Assembly: GCA_964395075.1 (NCBI GenBank)
Contig: CAYNDN010000002.1
Location: forward strand, 1,678-36,866
From: an uncultured Lentimicrobiaceae bacterium
Lineage (GTDB): Bacteria; Bacteroidota; Bacteroidia; Bacteroidales; 4484-276
Reading direction: 5' to 3'
Length of the DNA stretch: 35,189 bases
Below, in pieces: positions 1-9,355 of this stretch. The notes under the pieces were generated by a model, which made no database searches, was not told the origin of the DNA, and was given only the letters and a program-made list of their open reading frames with translations. A program made the position numbers and the translations under genes. Position 1 is the stretch's first letter. The number at the start of each line of letters is the position of its first letter.

Positions 1-287
1 ATAGGATATTTGCCGTTGTCGTAGGCCTGATCGAAGGCAATACCCCGTAAAAAGGCATGGTCGAAATTACCAATGATTCCGCCTTCACCACCGCTGAAGC
101 AAAGCGAATAGCCAATAGAAACCCATAAAATTGTTGTAATACCCAGCGACACAAAGGTTTGCATCATAATACCAAGGATGTTCCTTTTTCCTGCAAGGCC
201 GCCATAGAAAAATGCCAAACCCGGTGTCATCAACATCACCAGGCTGGTAGCCAAAATCATAAATCCGGTTGAACCACTATCAAACAT
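1..287 (-). CDS. amt: Ammonium transporter (Amt/MEP family), N-terminal 95 codons; the gene runs off the left window edge
   Basis: It is absent from the ORF track because it is open at the edge. The reverse complement from the ATG (CAT at 285-287) reads MFDSGSTGFMILATSLVMLMTPGLAFFYGGLAGKRNILGIMMQTFVSLGITTILWVSIGYSL. This contains the conserved Amt TM1-TM2 signature LMTPGLAFFYGGL. Confidence 0.85.
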   Translation of the reverse strand, partial: MFDSGSTGFMILATSLVMLMTPGLAFFYGGLAGKRNILGIMMQTFVSLGITTILWVSIGYSLCFSGGEGGIIGNFDHAFLRGIAFDQAYDNGKYP

Positions 288-305
288 AATTTTTATCTCC
301 TATTT

Positions 306-1019
306 TTAAAGTGAAAAACCAAAAACAATGAATATGTTTTCGGCGGTTGGGTTTGTAATTAATGAGCCACTCACCGGCAGGCTGAAATTATCTGTGATTT
401 TGATCTCTTTGGCCAGTGACAAACCAAAGTTTACCAGCCCAAAATCATCATCGTTTTTACCGTACAGGTAATAGTTTCCGGTGGCTGCACCCAGAAAAAT
501 ATTGTAATCTATTTCCTTATGTGTACCACCATATCCCAGTTCGAAATACAGGGAGTTGTCAGAATCAGCACCATAAAAATTCATGGCTGCCATAAAAGTT
601 ATTGGAAAGTTTTCGAGGCCGTTGAATGAAATAGTACCTTCAAAAACATGGCCTGTGGTGTCTTTACCATACTCAAAATAATTGTTACCGGCAGACGTGT
701 CGTTCGGGAAAAAATAATCGGTAAATGTGAGTGTTACAACCTCCCGGATGTCATAAGAAACAAACAGGTCTGCTTCCTGCATGCTGTTTGAGTTGGTGGA
801 GTATGAACCCCAGGCGCCAATGGTAAAGCCGGAGTTTGAATAGCTTGCCCACGGCTGGATGGCCGGTGAGTTTCCAAAGTCTGTACCACGCCAAACATAC
901 CTGTTAAAGACGTCGGTTCCTAAATCAAAACTACCGCCTTCCTGAGCGTTGATTGTAATGCAAAATGCGGTAATAAACAGCATTGCAAAAAATCCTTTTA
1001 GTAAATATTTCCTTTTCAT
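306..1019 (-). CDS. Putative outer-membrane beta-barrel porin (TorF/Gcw_chp-like), co-transcribed with amt
   Basis: ORF 306..1058 is trimmed to Met14, giving MKRKYLLKGFFAMLFITAFCITINAQ as a Sec signal peptide. The mature part has an alternating hydrophobic beta-strand pattern and the motif NRYVWRGTDFGNSPAIQP...GFTIGAWGS, which I recall from the TorF/Gcw_chp putative porin family. It lies 18 bp upstream of amt on the same strand. Confidence 0.7.
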   Translation of the reverse strand: MKRKYLLKGFFAMLFITAFCITINAQEGGSFDLGTDVFNRYVWRGTDFGNSPAIQPWASYSNSGFTIGAWGSYSTNSNSMQEADLFVSYDIREVVTLTFTDYFFPNDTSAGNNYFEYGKDTTGHVFEGTISFNGLENFPITFMAAMNFYGADSDNSLYFELGYGGTHKEIDYNIFLGAATGNYYLYGKNDDDFGLVNFGLSLAKEIKITDNFSLPVSGSLITNPTAENIFIVFGFSL

Positions 1020-1129
1020 GAAAATTTGGTATTTGTTAATGAACGTTAAACGCTGCAAAGCTTCATATTAAGTTTGGTTTACACAATACCGATATTTCTG
1101 AAAATGATTTAGGTGCTGCACTTATATTT

Positions 1130-1148
1130 TTTGCGTGATTTACGCAAA
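1130..1148. promoter_or_regulatory. Palindrome TTTGCGT-GATTT-ACGCAAA upstream of the porin-amt operon (candidate operator)
   Basis: It has perfect 7-bp arms and a 5-bp spacer. It sits about 110-130 bp upstream of the porin start codon, in the 148-bp gap between the porin gene and the response-regulator gene. It has no flanking T-tract on either strand, so it is not a terminator. Confidence 0.25.
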
Positions 1149-1206
1149 CCACATAGTAAGTAACAGATAATGAGAGGGTGAGAAGGCAGTGCTGTCCTGT
1201 GATGTT

Positions 1207-1872
1207 TTAAATCTCGATGATATTATTGCGTATGGCAAATTTGATCAGGTCAACGGTAGATTTTAATTCCAGCTTTTGCATGATATGATTTTTGTGAGAT
1301 TCAACGGTACGGACACTGATGAATAGTTGATCGGCAATTTCGGAGTTTGACAAACCCTCAGCAAAAAGCTTTAGGATTTCTGTTTCCCGGGTAGTTAATT
1401 CGTTTCCTTTCCGGCTGTCTTCATTTTTTGCCTGCTGGATAAAACTGCGCAAAATCACATTGGAAATGGCCTGGCTGAAATACTCCTCTCCTTTGTGCAC
1501 GGCTACAACTGCTTCCTGCAACTCACTCCGGTTTGTGGTTTTTGGCAGATAAGCTTTGGTGCCGGCTTTTACAGCATTAAAAATGTAGTCTTCGGTGTTA
1601 TACATCGAGAGCACCACCACTTTGATTTCAGGATATTCTGATGCCAGTTTTTTGGTGATCTCAATACCTGAGATATCCGGCAGGTTGATATCAAGCAGCA
1701 CAATATCAGGTTTATGGGTTTTGATCAATGCAAAAAAATGGGAGCCGGAATCTGCCTCGCCAATGATCTTAAATCTTTCATCCCCTTCCAGTAATGCTTT
1801 GATTCCATCCCGAACAATCAGATGGTCGTCAACAAGTATCAGTTTGATTTTGTTTTCATCAGAAGTATCCAT
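1207..1872 (-). CDS. Two-component response regulator, NarL/LuxR family (REC + HTH_LuxR)
   Basis: ORF 1207..1950 is trimmed to Met27 (MDTSDENKIKLILVDDHLIVRDG), which starts 10 bp after the kinase stop. The receiver motifs are DD, DINLPDISG and KVVVLS. The C-terminus LTTRETEILKLFAEGLSNSEIADQLFISVRTVESHKNHIMQKL is a LuxR-type HTH. Confidence 0.9.
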   Translation of the reverse strand: MDTSDENKIKLILVDDHLIVRDGIKALLEGDERFKIIGEADSGSHFFALIKTHKPDIVLLDINLPDISGIEITKKLASEYPEIKVVVLSMYNTEDYIFNAVKAGTKAYLPKTTNRSELQEAVVAVHKGEEYFSQAISNVILRSFIQQAKNEDSRKGNELTTRETEILKLFAEGLSNSEIADQLFISVRTVESHKNHIMQKLELKSTVDLIKFAIRNNIIEI

Positions 1873-1882
1873 TTTAGTAAGT

Positions 1883-3667
1883 TTATATTTTACATTCAAA
1901 CCTGATCCTGGTGCCATGTCCGGGTGATGAAATAATTTGCAGAAAGCCATTTAAAATTTGTGCCCGCTCCATTAAATTATTGAGGCCGTTTCCATGCTTA
2001 TGGTCACTATTTTCCATATCAAAACCGCAGCCGTCATCCTTAATTTCGAGTTTTATTGTATTTTCTTCAAAATCCAGCTTCACCTCAATATGCTTTGCCT
2101 GTGCGTGCTTAATGGCATTGGTGAGCGCTTCCTGGCAAATCCTGTAAATGTATATCCTGGACTTTTTTGGCAATTGTTGTGTCGATCCTGTGCTTTTAAA
2201 TTCAACAGGGATGGATGCTGATTGGCTGAATCCGCGGCAAAGATTTTTTAATGCGTTGGTTAGGCCAAATTCGTTCAGGACCGATGGAGCAAGGTCGTTC
2301 GACATCCTGCGGATATCCTCGATGGTTTGCTCGAAATAGGCTTTGATTTTTCCCATCTTCTCATTATCACCTTTCGATGCAGTCTCACAATAATTTTCAA
2401 GCTGGAGTTTGATGGCTATCAGCGATTGTCCCAATCCATCGTGCAAATCCCGCGACAGCCTCTGCCTTTCTTTTTCCTGACCATCGATGAGGGACCTAAG
2501 TCGCATTTTCTTTTCCTGATTAATTTGTTCCTGCTGCTGATTTAATTTAATTGCCATTTGATTGAAGGCCGAGGTGAGTTCACCTATTTCATCGTTGGAT
2601 TTTACAGGCAGGTTTACATCAAAATCTCCGTCAGAAATGTTTCCTGAAGCCGTTTTAAGCTGAATGATGGGTGATGTGATCTTTCTTGCCAGAATGTAGG
2701 CAAAAATGAAAATCAGAATGGCCACGGCCAATCCGATAATCAAAAAATCCGATAACAAATTTCTGATGGGTGCGGTAGTCTCAGCCGTGTCAATTTCTGC
2801 AAGTATTACCCAGTTTAAACCTGGAATATCCACCGGGCTGAAAGAGCTCAAAACACTGATATCCCTGTAGTCGTTAATCACCGATATGCCTTCATTTCCT
2901 GCCAGTGCTTCCTTTACGCCTGTTGTGTTAACAGTGGTTTTTAAAATGGAGTTCTCCTGGAAACGCGATTGGCTTCTCATTAGCAAATCTGATCCAACAA
3001 TGTAGGATTCTCCACTTTCCCCCAACCCCTCTTTTGGGTTTTTCTCGAGCATGATCCGGTTGATCTCCTCCAGCGACATTTCCATTATCAATACGGATAT
3101 ACCTGCTTTCAGGTAGATCGGTGTCGAGATGAAAATGGCCGGGTCGCGGGATTTTGATTGAAGGAATACATCATGAATTTTAACCTTTAGCTCTTCCAAA
3201 AAATCTAGTTTTACCGGAAGGATTTGTGATGATACATGCTCTTGATTAATTAGCATCCCCCCACTGTCGGCGATAAGTTTGAAGCTGATCAATGTGCCAG
3301 CAGAATCGAGAAACCATATTTTAGTGTAATAACCTGTAACACCAAGGTAATTTTGCAAATATGTTACAATCGCTGACTGAGAAAAGTGTTCATCCCCAAC
3401 CAAATCATTCCCTTCAATTTGCCATTGTGCAATTTTTTTAGCTTCTTCCGTGCTGGCCAGCAAATCAATGTCGCGAATTCTATCCTGGAAATAGGATTCT
3501 ATCTGCATTCTTTTGTTCACTCTTACTGAGGTTAATTGCTCGAAAGTGCGGTTTAACAGTGCTTCCTGTGTAGTGTAAAATGCAAAAACAGCAGTGATAA
3601 TTAATCCGGCAATGCCAATGATTACAAAATAGACCACTAATTTTTCGTTGAGCGAAATCTGTCGCAT
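1883..3667 (-). CDS. Sensor histidine kinase: N-terminal TM, Cache-like extracytoplasmic domain, second TM, HAMP, HisKA_3, HATPase_c
   Basis: Two hydrophobic segments (VVYFVIIGIAGLIITAVFAF and LIIGLAVAILIFIFAYILA) bracket about 280 aa. A HAMP-like region follows (PIIQLKTASGNISDGDFDV...DEIGELTSAFNQM). The H-box is RLSRDLHDGLGQSLIAIKL (HisKA_3/NarX-DesK type). ATPase N and G boxes are present (EALTNAIKHA, DDGCGF, GNGLNNLMERA). Confidence 0.9.
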   Translation of the reverse strand: MRQISLNEKLVVYFVIIGIAGLIITAVFAFYTTQEALLNRTFEQLTSVRVNKRMQIESYFQDRIRDIDLLASTEEAKKIAQWQIEGNDLVGDEHFSQSAIVTYLQNYLGVTGYYTKIWFLDSAGTLISFKLIADSGGMLINQEHVSSQILPVKLDFLEELKVKIHDVFLQSKSRDPAIFISTPIYLKAGISVLIMEMSLEEINRIMLEKNPKEGLGESGESYIVGSDLLMRSQSRFQENSILKTTVNTTGVKEALAGNEGISVINDYRDISVLSSFSPVDIPGLNWVILAEIDTAETTAPIRNLLSDFLIIGLAVAILIFIFAYILARKITSPIIQLKTASGNISDGDFDVNLPVKSNDEIGELTSAFNQMAIKLNQQQEQINQEKKMRLRSLIDGQEKERQRLSRDLHDGLGQSLIAIKLQLENYCETASKGDNEKMGKIKAYFEQTIEDIRRMSNDLAPSVLNEFGLTNALKNLCRGFSQSASIPVEFKSTGSTQQLPKKSRIYIYRICQEALTNAIKHAQAKHIEVKLDFEENTIKLEIKDDGCGFDMENSDHKHGNGLNNLMERAQILNGFLQIISSPGHGTRIRFECKI

Positions 3668-3791
3668 GAGGCGTCCAAAGATAGGTTAATTTCTAACCAA
3701 CTAATCCTTATTCTGACAGTTGGATTTTGTTTTTGAGAACTTCAAAATTTATTACTTTTACATCTTGAATTAACATCGAAAAAATATACTT

Positions 3792-4538
3792 ATGTCAGGA
3801 CACAATAAATGGTCAACAATTAAGCGGAAGAAGGGCGCAGCGGATGCAAAGCGCTCAAAGATCTTTTCGAAGATCATCAAGGAAATTACGGTAGCAGTTA
3901 AAGAAGGTGGCCCTGATCCCGAAGCAAACCCCAGGCTCAGGCTTGCCATCCAAAATGCCAAAGGTGCCAGTATGCCCAAGGACAACATCGAACGCGCCAT
4001 CAATAAAGGTAAAGATAAAGATGCTGCAGCATTTACTGAGCAAACTTTTGAAGGGTACCTGCCAAACGGAATTGCCGTGTATGTGGAATGTACAACCGAT
4101 AACCAGCAAAGAACGGTTAGTGCTGTGCGCGCCATCTTCAATAAATACGGTGGAAACCTTGGCACATCGGGTTCGCTGAGTTTTTTATTCGACCGGAAAG
4201 GCATCTTTTCTATCCCGCTCAAGGATGATATGGATATGGAAGAGTTTGAGCTTGAAGTGATTGATGGTGGTGCTGAAGATATTGCCGAAGAAGAGGGTAT
4301 GATTACGGTTACCACCTCGATGGAAGATTTTGGCAAAATGCAGAAAAAGCTCGAAGAATTGGGCATTGAAGCCGAAAATGCCGAACTGCAACGCATTCCT
4401 AACGATACCGTGACACTTGACCTGGAAAATGCTAAAAAAATACTGAAAGTAATTGATGCTTTCGAAGACGACGACGATGTGCAAAAAGTTTTCCATAACA
4501 TGGAAATCACCGAAGAGGTATTGGCCGATATGGAATGA
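3792..4538 (+). CDS. yebC: YebC/PmpR-family DNA-binding transcriptional regulator
   Basis: The N-terminus MSGHNKWSTIKRKKGAADAKRSKIFSKIIKEITVAVKEGGPDPEANPRLRLAIQNAK is the hallmark of the family. It is 248 aa. Confidence 0.95.
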   Translation: MSGHNKWSTIKRKKGAADAKRSKIFSKIIKEITVAVKEGGPDPEANPRLRLAIQNAKGASMPKDNIERAINKGKDKDAAAFTEQTFEGYLPNGIAVYVECTTDNQQRTVSAVRAIFNKYGGNLGTSGSLSFLFDRKGIFSIPLKDDMDMEEFELEVIDGGAEDIAEEEGMITVTTSMEDFGKMQKKLEELGIEAENAELQRIPNDTVTLDLENAKKILKVIDAFEDDDDVQKVFHNMEITEEVLADME

Positions 4539-4563
4539 TCCTCCAATAATTTGTTTAATATTA

Positions 4564-4591
4564 AGCCGGCTATTGTTGTCGGCTTTTTTTT
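4564..4591 (+). terminator. Rho-independent terminator after yebC
   Basis: AGCCGGC-tattgtt-GTCGGCT forms a 7-bp stem with one G.U pair, followed by T8. It lies 26 nt after the stop codon. Confidence 0.6.
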
Positions 4592-4659
4592 ATTAACAGA
4601 AATTTTAATTTACTTAAAAAGAGCGAATTACCGGCTGCCCGAATTATTAACAAACCATC

Positions 4660-4687
4660 TTGCCGGGAGGCAAAAGCCTTAATTTTG
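4660..4687 (+). promoter_or_regulatory. Candidate Bacteroidetes sigma-A promoter for dnaE (TTG-N17-TAATTTTG)
   Basis: A perfect -7 box TAnnTTTG (TAATTTTG, 4680-4687) lies 45 nt upstream of the dnaE ATG. The TTG at 4660-4662 is a weak -33 element, and its spacing is slightly short. Confidence 0.35.
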
Positions 4688-4732
4688 CTCTTCCTGTTTT
4701 TTGTTAATCACCCGTGAAATACCTCAATTTTT

Positions 4733-5300
4733 ATGTACCTGATTTTTGATACCGAAACCACCGGCTTACCCCAGAATTACAGTGCTCCGCTAACCGATTT
4801 CGAAAACTGGCCTCGTATGGTCCAAATTGCCTGGCAGCTCCATGATTTGGACGGAACACTTGTTGAATACAAAAATTTTATTGTAAAACCTGATGGGTTC
4901 ACCATTCCCTTTAATTCAGAAAAAATCCACGGGATTTCCACCCGCATGGCTGAGCACTATGGTCAGGATATCAAAATAGTGCTGGAGGAATTCGCTGATG
5001 TTATTGCCAGGAGTTCGCACATTGCAGGCCATAATGTGGAATTTGACATCAATATTACAGGATCGGAGTTTTTGAGAAATGGTTTGGAAAATGCCCTGAA
5101 GGGGAAACCTGTGGTGGATTCCATGATAGCATCGACTGATTTTTGTGCGCTGCCTGGTGGCCGCGGTGGAAAATTTAAATACCCGAGCCTTTCTGAATTA
5201 CATGCAAAGCTGTTTGATGTTGAGTTTGAGGAAGCACACAATGCAACAGCCGACGTAATAGCTACAACGCGCTGTATCCTTGAGCTCATCAGGATTGGGG
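4733..5300 (+). other. DEDDh 3'-5' exonuclease (epsilon-like) domain fused to the N-terminus of DnaE
   Basis: Exo I is LIFDTETTGL, Exo II is GHNVEFDINI and Exo III is HNATADVIAT (H-x4-D). A roughly 65-aa low-complexity linker (KLAKLAAEQKKTQITDTTSAEPEEAAP) follows before the PHP domain. Confidence 0.8.
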
Positions 5301-8300
5301 TGATAAATCAAACACATCTTAAGGTTAATCCGGAACAGTTGACAGCTTTCAGGGAGAAATATCCAAACACCATTGAGCCGGCCAAAATTGATTTTGAATC
5401 CAACAAAGCACTGAGTGAAAAACTGGCCAAACTAGCGGCTGAACAAAAAAAGACCCAAATAACAGATACCACCTCCGCTGAACCAGAAGAAGCTGCTCCT
5501 TTCACCCATTTGCACGTACATTCCTATTATTCAGTGCTCAACGCAACGCCACCCCTCGAAGGGTTGATCAGAAAGGCAAAATCACTGGGCATGAAGGCCC
5601 TGGCATTGACCGACCTGGGAAATCTTTTTGGAGCTTTCCAGTTTATTAAAGTGGCCAAAAAGAATGATATAAAGCCCATTATCGGTTGTGAGCTATACCT
5701 GACCAAAGATCGTAGAAAAGTAAAATTCACAAAGGATGATCCCGACAGAAGAACTCAGCAGATTTTCCTGGCAAAAAATATCAATGGCTATCGCAACCTG
5801 GCTAAACTGAGTTCAACAGGCTGGATTGAAGGAAATTATGCCGGATACCCCAGGATTGATAAAGCGGTTTTGCTGGAATGCAAGGATGATCTGATTACCA
5901 CCACAGGTGGGATTTATTCTGAAGTAAACAACCTGATTTTAAATGTGGGTGAGCAGCAGGCCGAAGAAGCTTTCAAATGGTGGCACGAACAATTTGACGA
6001 TGATTTTTATGTGCAACTTAACGGACATGAAACCCCTGAAGAAGAGCGCGCAAATGCTGTGTTGCTGGAGTTTGCCCAAAAATATAATGTAAAAGTGATT
6101 GCTGCCAATGAAGTATTTTTCCTGGAAAGAGAGGATTTTGACCTGCACGACAGCCTCATCTGCATCAAGGAAAATGAGTACCAGTCAACACCCAAAGGCC
6201 GTGGGCGCGACAAGCGGTTTGGATATACCAGCGACCAGTATTATTTCAAATCCCAAAAGGAGATGCAGATGCAATTTGCCCACATCCCGGAGGCTTTGGC
6301 CAATACTCAGGAGATTGTGGATAAAATTGAACCCTTTGAGCTAAGTCGTAACCCCATAATGCCTGAGTATGATATTCCCGGGGAATTTGGCACCATCGAA
6401 GCGTATCGCGAAAAGTTTACCAAAGAGATGCTCATCGCTGAATTTAACGAAGAAGGAGGCAAAAATAATTACAAACGATTGGAAGGTTATGATAAGGTGT
6501 TGCGCATTAAATTTGAATCCGACTACCTGAAGCTCCTGACTTACGATGGCGCAAAAATCCGCTATGGTGAGCTGACAGATCAGGTGAAAGACCGGATTGA
6601 TTTTGAACTGGATGTGATCAAAAAAATGGGTTACCCCGGATATTTTTTGATTGTCTGGGATTTCCTGCGTGAAGCCCGCGAAATGGGCGTTTGGGTAGGC
6701 CCGGGGAGGGGATCGGCCGCCGGATCGGTGGTGGCTTACTGCCTTAAAATTACGGATGTCGATCCCATCAGCTACGACCTGCTTTTTGAGCGTTTTCTGA
6801 ATCCCGACAGGATATCACTGCCCGATATTGATATTGATTTTGATGAGGACGGCCGCGACCGCATACTAAAATGGGTGGTGGACAAATATGGCCACGACCG
6901 GGTTGCTCATATTATTACCTTTGGTAAGATGGCTCCCAAAATGGCCATTCGTGACATAGCACGTGTTAAACAGCTTTCGTTGTCGGAAGCCAACCGGCTG
7001 GCAAAACTCATCCCCACAAAGCCTGGCACCGATTTCAAGGAAGCCTACAAGGAAACCCCTGAATTGCTGAAGGAAAAAATGTCGTCGAACGATCCGCTGG
7101 TGAAAAACACCCTCATCAGTGCAGAAAAAATGGAGGGGACTATCCGAAATATCGGTACACACGCATGTGGCATAATCATCAGCAAAGACAGCCTGATTGA
7201 TCATATCCCGTTAAGTACGGCCAGAGATGCTGACCTGCTGGTTACCCAGTTCGACGGCTCACACATCGAAGATGCCGGCATGCTTAAAATGGATTTCCTT
7301 GGCCTGAAAACGCTGTCCATAATCAAGGATGCGGTGGAAAATATCAGGAAATCAAAGGGTGTGGAAATCGATATCGAAAACATCCCCCACGACGATAAAA
7401 AAACGTATGAACTTTACAGCCGTGGAGATACAACCGGGATTTTTCAGTTTGAATCAGACGGCATGAAAAAGAATCTGCGACAGCTTAAGCCCAACCGGTT
7501 TGAAGATTTGATCGCAATGAATGCACTCTATCGTCCGGGCCCGATGGAATACATCCCCAATTACATAAGGCGTAAGCACGGTAAAGAAAAAGTGGAGTAC
7601 GATATTGCCGATATGGAGGAATATCTGAAGGAAACTTTTGGAATTACTGTTTATCAGGAGCAGGTGATGCGGCTGTCGCAAAAGTTGGCAGGTTTCACAA
7701 GAGGCCAGGCCGATAACCTGCGTAAGGCGATGGGAAAGAAAAAAGTGGCTCTGCTAAACGATTTGGAACCCAAGTTTTATAAAGGTGCCGAAGAGCGTGG
7801 CCATAAAAAGGAGATGGTGGCAAAAATTTGGAAAGACTGGCTGGAATTCGCCAAATATGCTTTTAACAAATCGCACTCCACTTGTTATGCATACGTTTCG
7901 TATCGCATGGCTTACCTAAAGGCACATTATCCTGCCGAATTTATGGCTGCGGTGCTCAGCCGTAACCTGAATGATATCAGCAAAATCACTTTCTTCATCG
8001 AAGAAACCAAGCGCATGGGTATTGAGGTGTTGCGCCCTGATGTGAACGAATCGGAGCAGCGGTTTATGGTAAACAAAAATGGCAATATCCGTTTTGGGAT
8101 GGCCGCGATTAAGGGTCTCGGTAGTGCTGTTGCAGAATCGATAATAGAAGAAAGAAAACAAAACGGGCATTACCAGAGCGTTTTTGATTTTGCCAAACGC
8201 GTAAACCTGAAAGTGGTGAACAAGCGCAGCTTCGAGGCATTGGCACGTGCCGGGGCTTTCGATTCTTTTGAGAACACACACAGAGCACAGTTTTTCTACC

Positions 8301-9103
8301 AGGAAAATTCCGAAGATTCCATCTTTGTCGAAAAGTTGATGCGTTTTGCCATTAAATACCAGGAAGAACAAAACTCCCAACAAGTATCCATGTTTGATGA
8401 TTTTAACCAGGTGGAGATATCCGACCCGCCCATGCCGGAATGTAAACCGTGGTCAAACATTGAACAGTTGCGCAATGAAAAGGAGGTTACCGGTTTTTAT
8501 ATCTCAGGCCATCCTTTAGACGAATTCAGGTTGGAAATTGAAAACTTCAGTACCCACAGTATTTCTGATTTCAAGGACAGGCTAAAAGATTTTGCTAATC
8601 GACAGATTACATTTGGAGGTATGGTGGTGGCTACCGCTCATCGAATGACAAAAGGCGATAAGCCCTGGGGTATTTTCACTATCGAAGATTTTGATGATAC
8701 CTTTGAGCTCCGGTTGTTTTCTGAGGATTATCTCAAATTTAAAAACTTCCTTACCGAAGGTTTTTTCCTGCTGATTTCAGGGACGGTTAGATCACGGTTC
8801 CGTTCAGAGGATGAATTTGAATTTAAAATCACTGATATCAAACTACTTCCTGAAATCCTGGAAAGGCAAACCAAACATATCAAGCTTCGCATAGCGGTTG
8901 ATGATCTCCAGCCGGAACTTGTGGATGAAATCTTTGAGCTTTCTAAAAAACATAAAGGTGGATGCCACCTGAGTTTCCATATTTATGATTCCGATGGTAC
9001 AAAACTCGACCTGAGTTCCAAAAATGTTAAGGTAAATGCGACTCACTTTCTCAAAGCCATCCAGCAATTGCCCGAAGTGAATTTTTTAATCAACAAAGTA
9101 TAG
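4733..9103 (+). CDS. dnaE: DNA polymerase III alpha subunit (DnaE type) with an N-terminal DnaQ-like 3'-5' exonuclease domain
   Basis: It is 1456 aa. The PHP domain starts at FTHLHVHSYYSVL. Pol III alpha core motifs are present (GPGRGSAAGSVVAYCLKITDVDP, PDIDIDF, TVYQEQVM). The C-terminal part is OB-fold-like. Confidence 0.95.
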   Translation: MYLIFDTETTGLPQNYSAPLTDFENWPRMVQIAWQLHDLDGTLVEYKNFIVKPDGFTIPFNSEKIHGISTRMAEHYGQDIKIVLEEFADVIARSSHIAGHNVEFDINITGSEFLRNGLENALKGKPVVDSMIASTDFCALPGGRGGKFKYPSLSELHAKLFDVEFEEAHNATADVIATTRCILELIRIGVINQTHLKVNPEQLTAFREKYPNTIEPAKIDFESNKALSEKLAKLAAEQKKTQITDTTSAEPEEAAPFTHLHVHSYYSVLNATPPLEGLIRKAKSLGMKALALTDLGNLFGAFQFIKVAKKNDIKPIIGCELYLTKDRRKVKFTKDDPDRRTQQIFLAKNINGYRNLAKLSSTGWIEGNYAGYPRIDKAVLLECKDDLITTTGGIYSEVNNLILNVGEQQAEEAFKWWHEQFDDDFYVQLNGHETPEEERANAVLLEFAQKYNVKVIAANEVFFLEREDFDLHDSLICIKENEYQSTPKGRGRDKRFGYTSDQYYFKSQKEMQMQFAHIPEALANTQEIVDKIEPFELSRNPIMPEYDIPGEFGTIEAYREKFTKEMLIAEFNEEGGKNNYKRLEGYDKVLRIKFESDYLKLLTYDGAKIRYGELTDQVKDRIDFELDVIKKMGYPGYFLIVWDFLREAREMGVWVGPGRGSAAGSVVAYCLKITDVDPISYDLLFERFLNPDRISLPDIDIDFDEDGRDRILKWVVDKYGHDRVAHIITFGKMAPKMAIRDIARVKQLSLSEANRLAKLIPTKPGTDFKEAYKETPELLKEKMSSNDPLVKNTLISAEKMEGTIRNIGTHACGIIISKDSLIDHIPLSTARDADLLVTQFDGSHIEDAGMLKMDFLGLKTLSIIKDAVENIRKSKGVEIDIENIPHDDKKTYELYSRGDTTGIFQFESDGMKKNLRQLKPNRFEDLIAMNALYRPGPMEYIPNYIRRKHGKEKVEYDIADMEEYLKETFGITVYQEQVMRLSQKLAGFTRGQADNLRKAMGKKKVALLNDLEPKFYKGAEERGHKKEMVAKIWKDWLEFAKYAFNKSHSTCYAYVSYRMAYLKAHYPAEFMAAVLSRNLNDISKITFFIEETKRMGIEVLRPDVNESEQRFMVNKNGNIRFGMAAIKGLGSAVAESIIEERKQNGHYQSVFDFAKRVNLKVVNKRSFEALARAGAFDSFENTHRAQFFYQENSEDSIFVEKLMRFAIKYQEEQNSQQVSMFDDFNQVEISDPPMPECKPWSNIEQLRNEKEVTGFYISGHPLDEFRLEIENFSTHSISDFKDRLKDFANRQITFGGMVVATAHRMTKGDKPWGIFTIEDFDDTFELRLFSEDYLKFKNFLTEGFFLLISGTVRSRFRSEDEFEFKITDIKLLPEILERQTKHIKLRIAVDDLQPELVDEIFELSKKHKGGCHLSFHIYDSDGTKLDLSSKNVKVNATHFLKAIQQLPEVNFLINKV

Positions 9104-9210
9104 CCAGGTAATATTTTCATTGAAGTGGTTGCGAACATTTTGATAAAATCAATTTGAAAACCATATCAGGAAATCTTAGCTGCACCAAAGAAACACTGGT
9201 TCATAAAACA

Positions 9211-9246
9211 AGCAAAGGCCGTCCCGGGCGGGTACGGCCATTTGCT
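9211..9246. terminator. Hairpin between convergent dnaE and sod genes (possible bidirectional terminator)
   Basis: The stem is AGCAAA-GGCCGT ... ACGGCC-a-TTTGCT (12 bp with one bulge). The flanking T-runs are short on both strands. Confidence 0.35.
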
Positions 9247-9355
9247 ATTAACCAAATTAGTGAGCTATGAAAAAAAATTACTTTACCACAAATCGAGCAA
9301 TGTCGATTAAATAATTAAGTACTTCAATAGGATAACGGAAGATTAACCCGTTTGT

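Noticed and set aside
1595-2545. Plus-strand ORFs of 63-110 aa overlapping the response-regulator and kinase genes.
   Set aside because: They lie antisense to well-supported CDSs and show no motifs. The N-terminal extensions of the track ORFs ending at 1950, 1058 and 13024 were also rejected in favour of internal Met codons. Those internal starts give proper signal peptides or receiver-domain starts and avoid overlap with the upstream gene.
3770-4546. 258-aa minus-strand ORF exactly antisense to yebC (with nested ORFs 3855..4109, 3907..4179 and 4185..4496).
   Set aside because: Its translation is low-complexity and Ser-rich, with no recognisable motifs. It is the mirror of a highly conserved, clearly coding plus-strand gene, which makes it a typical antisense shadow ORF.
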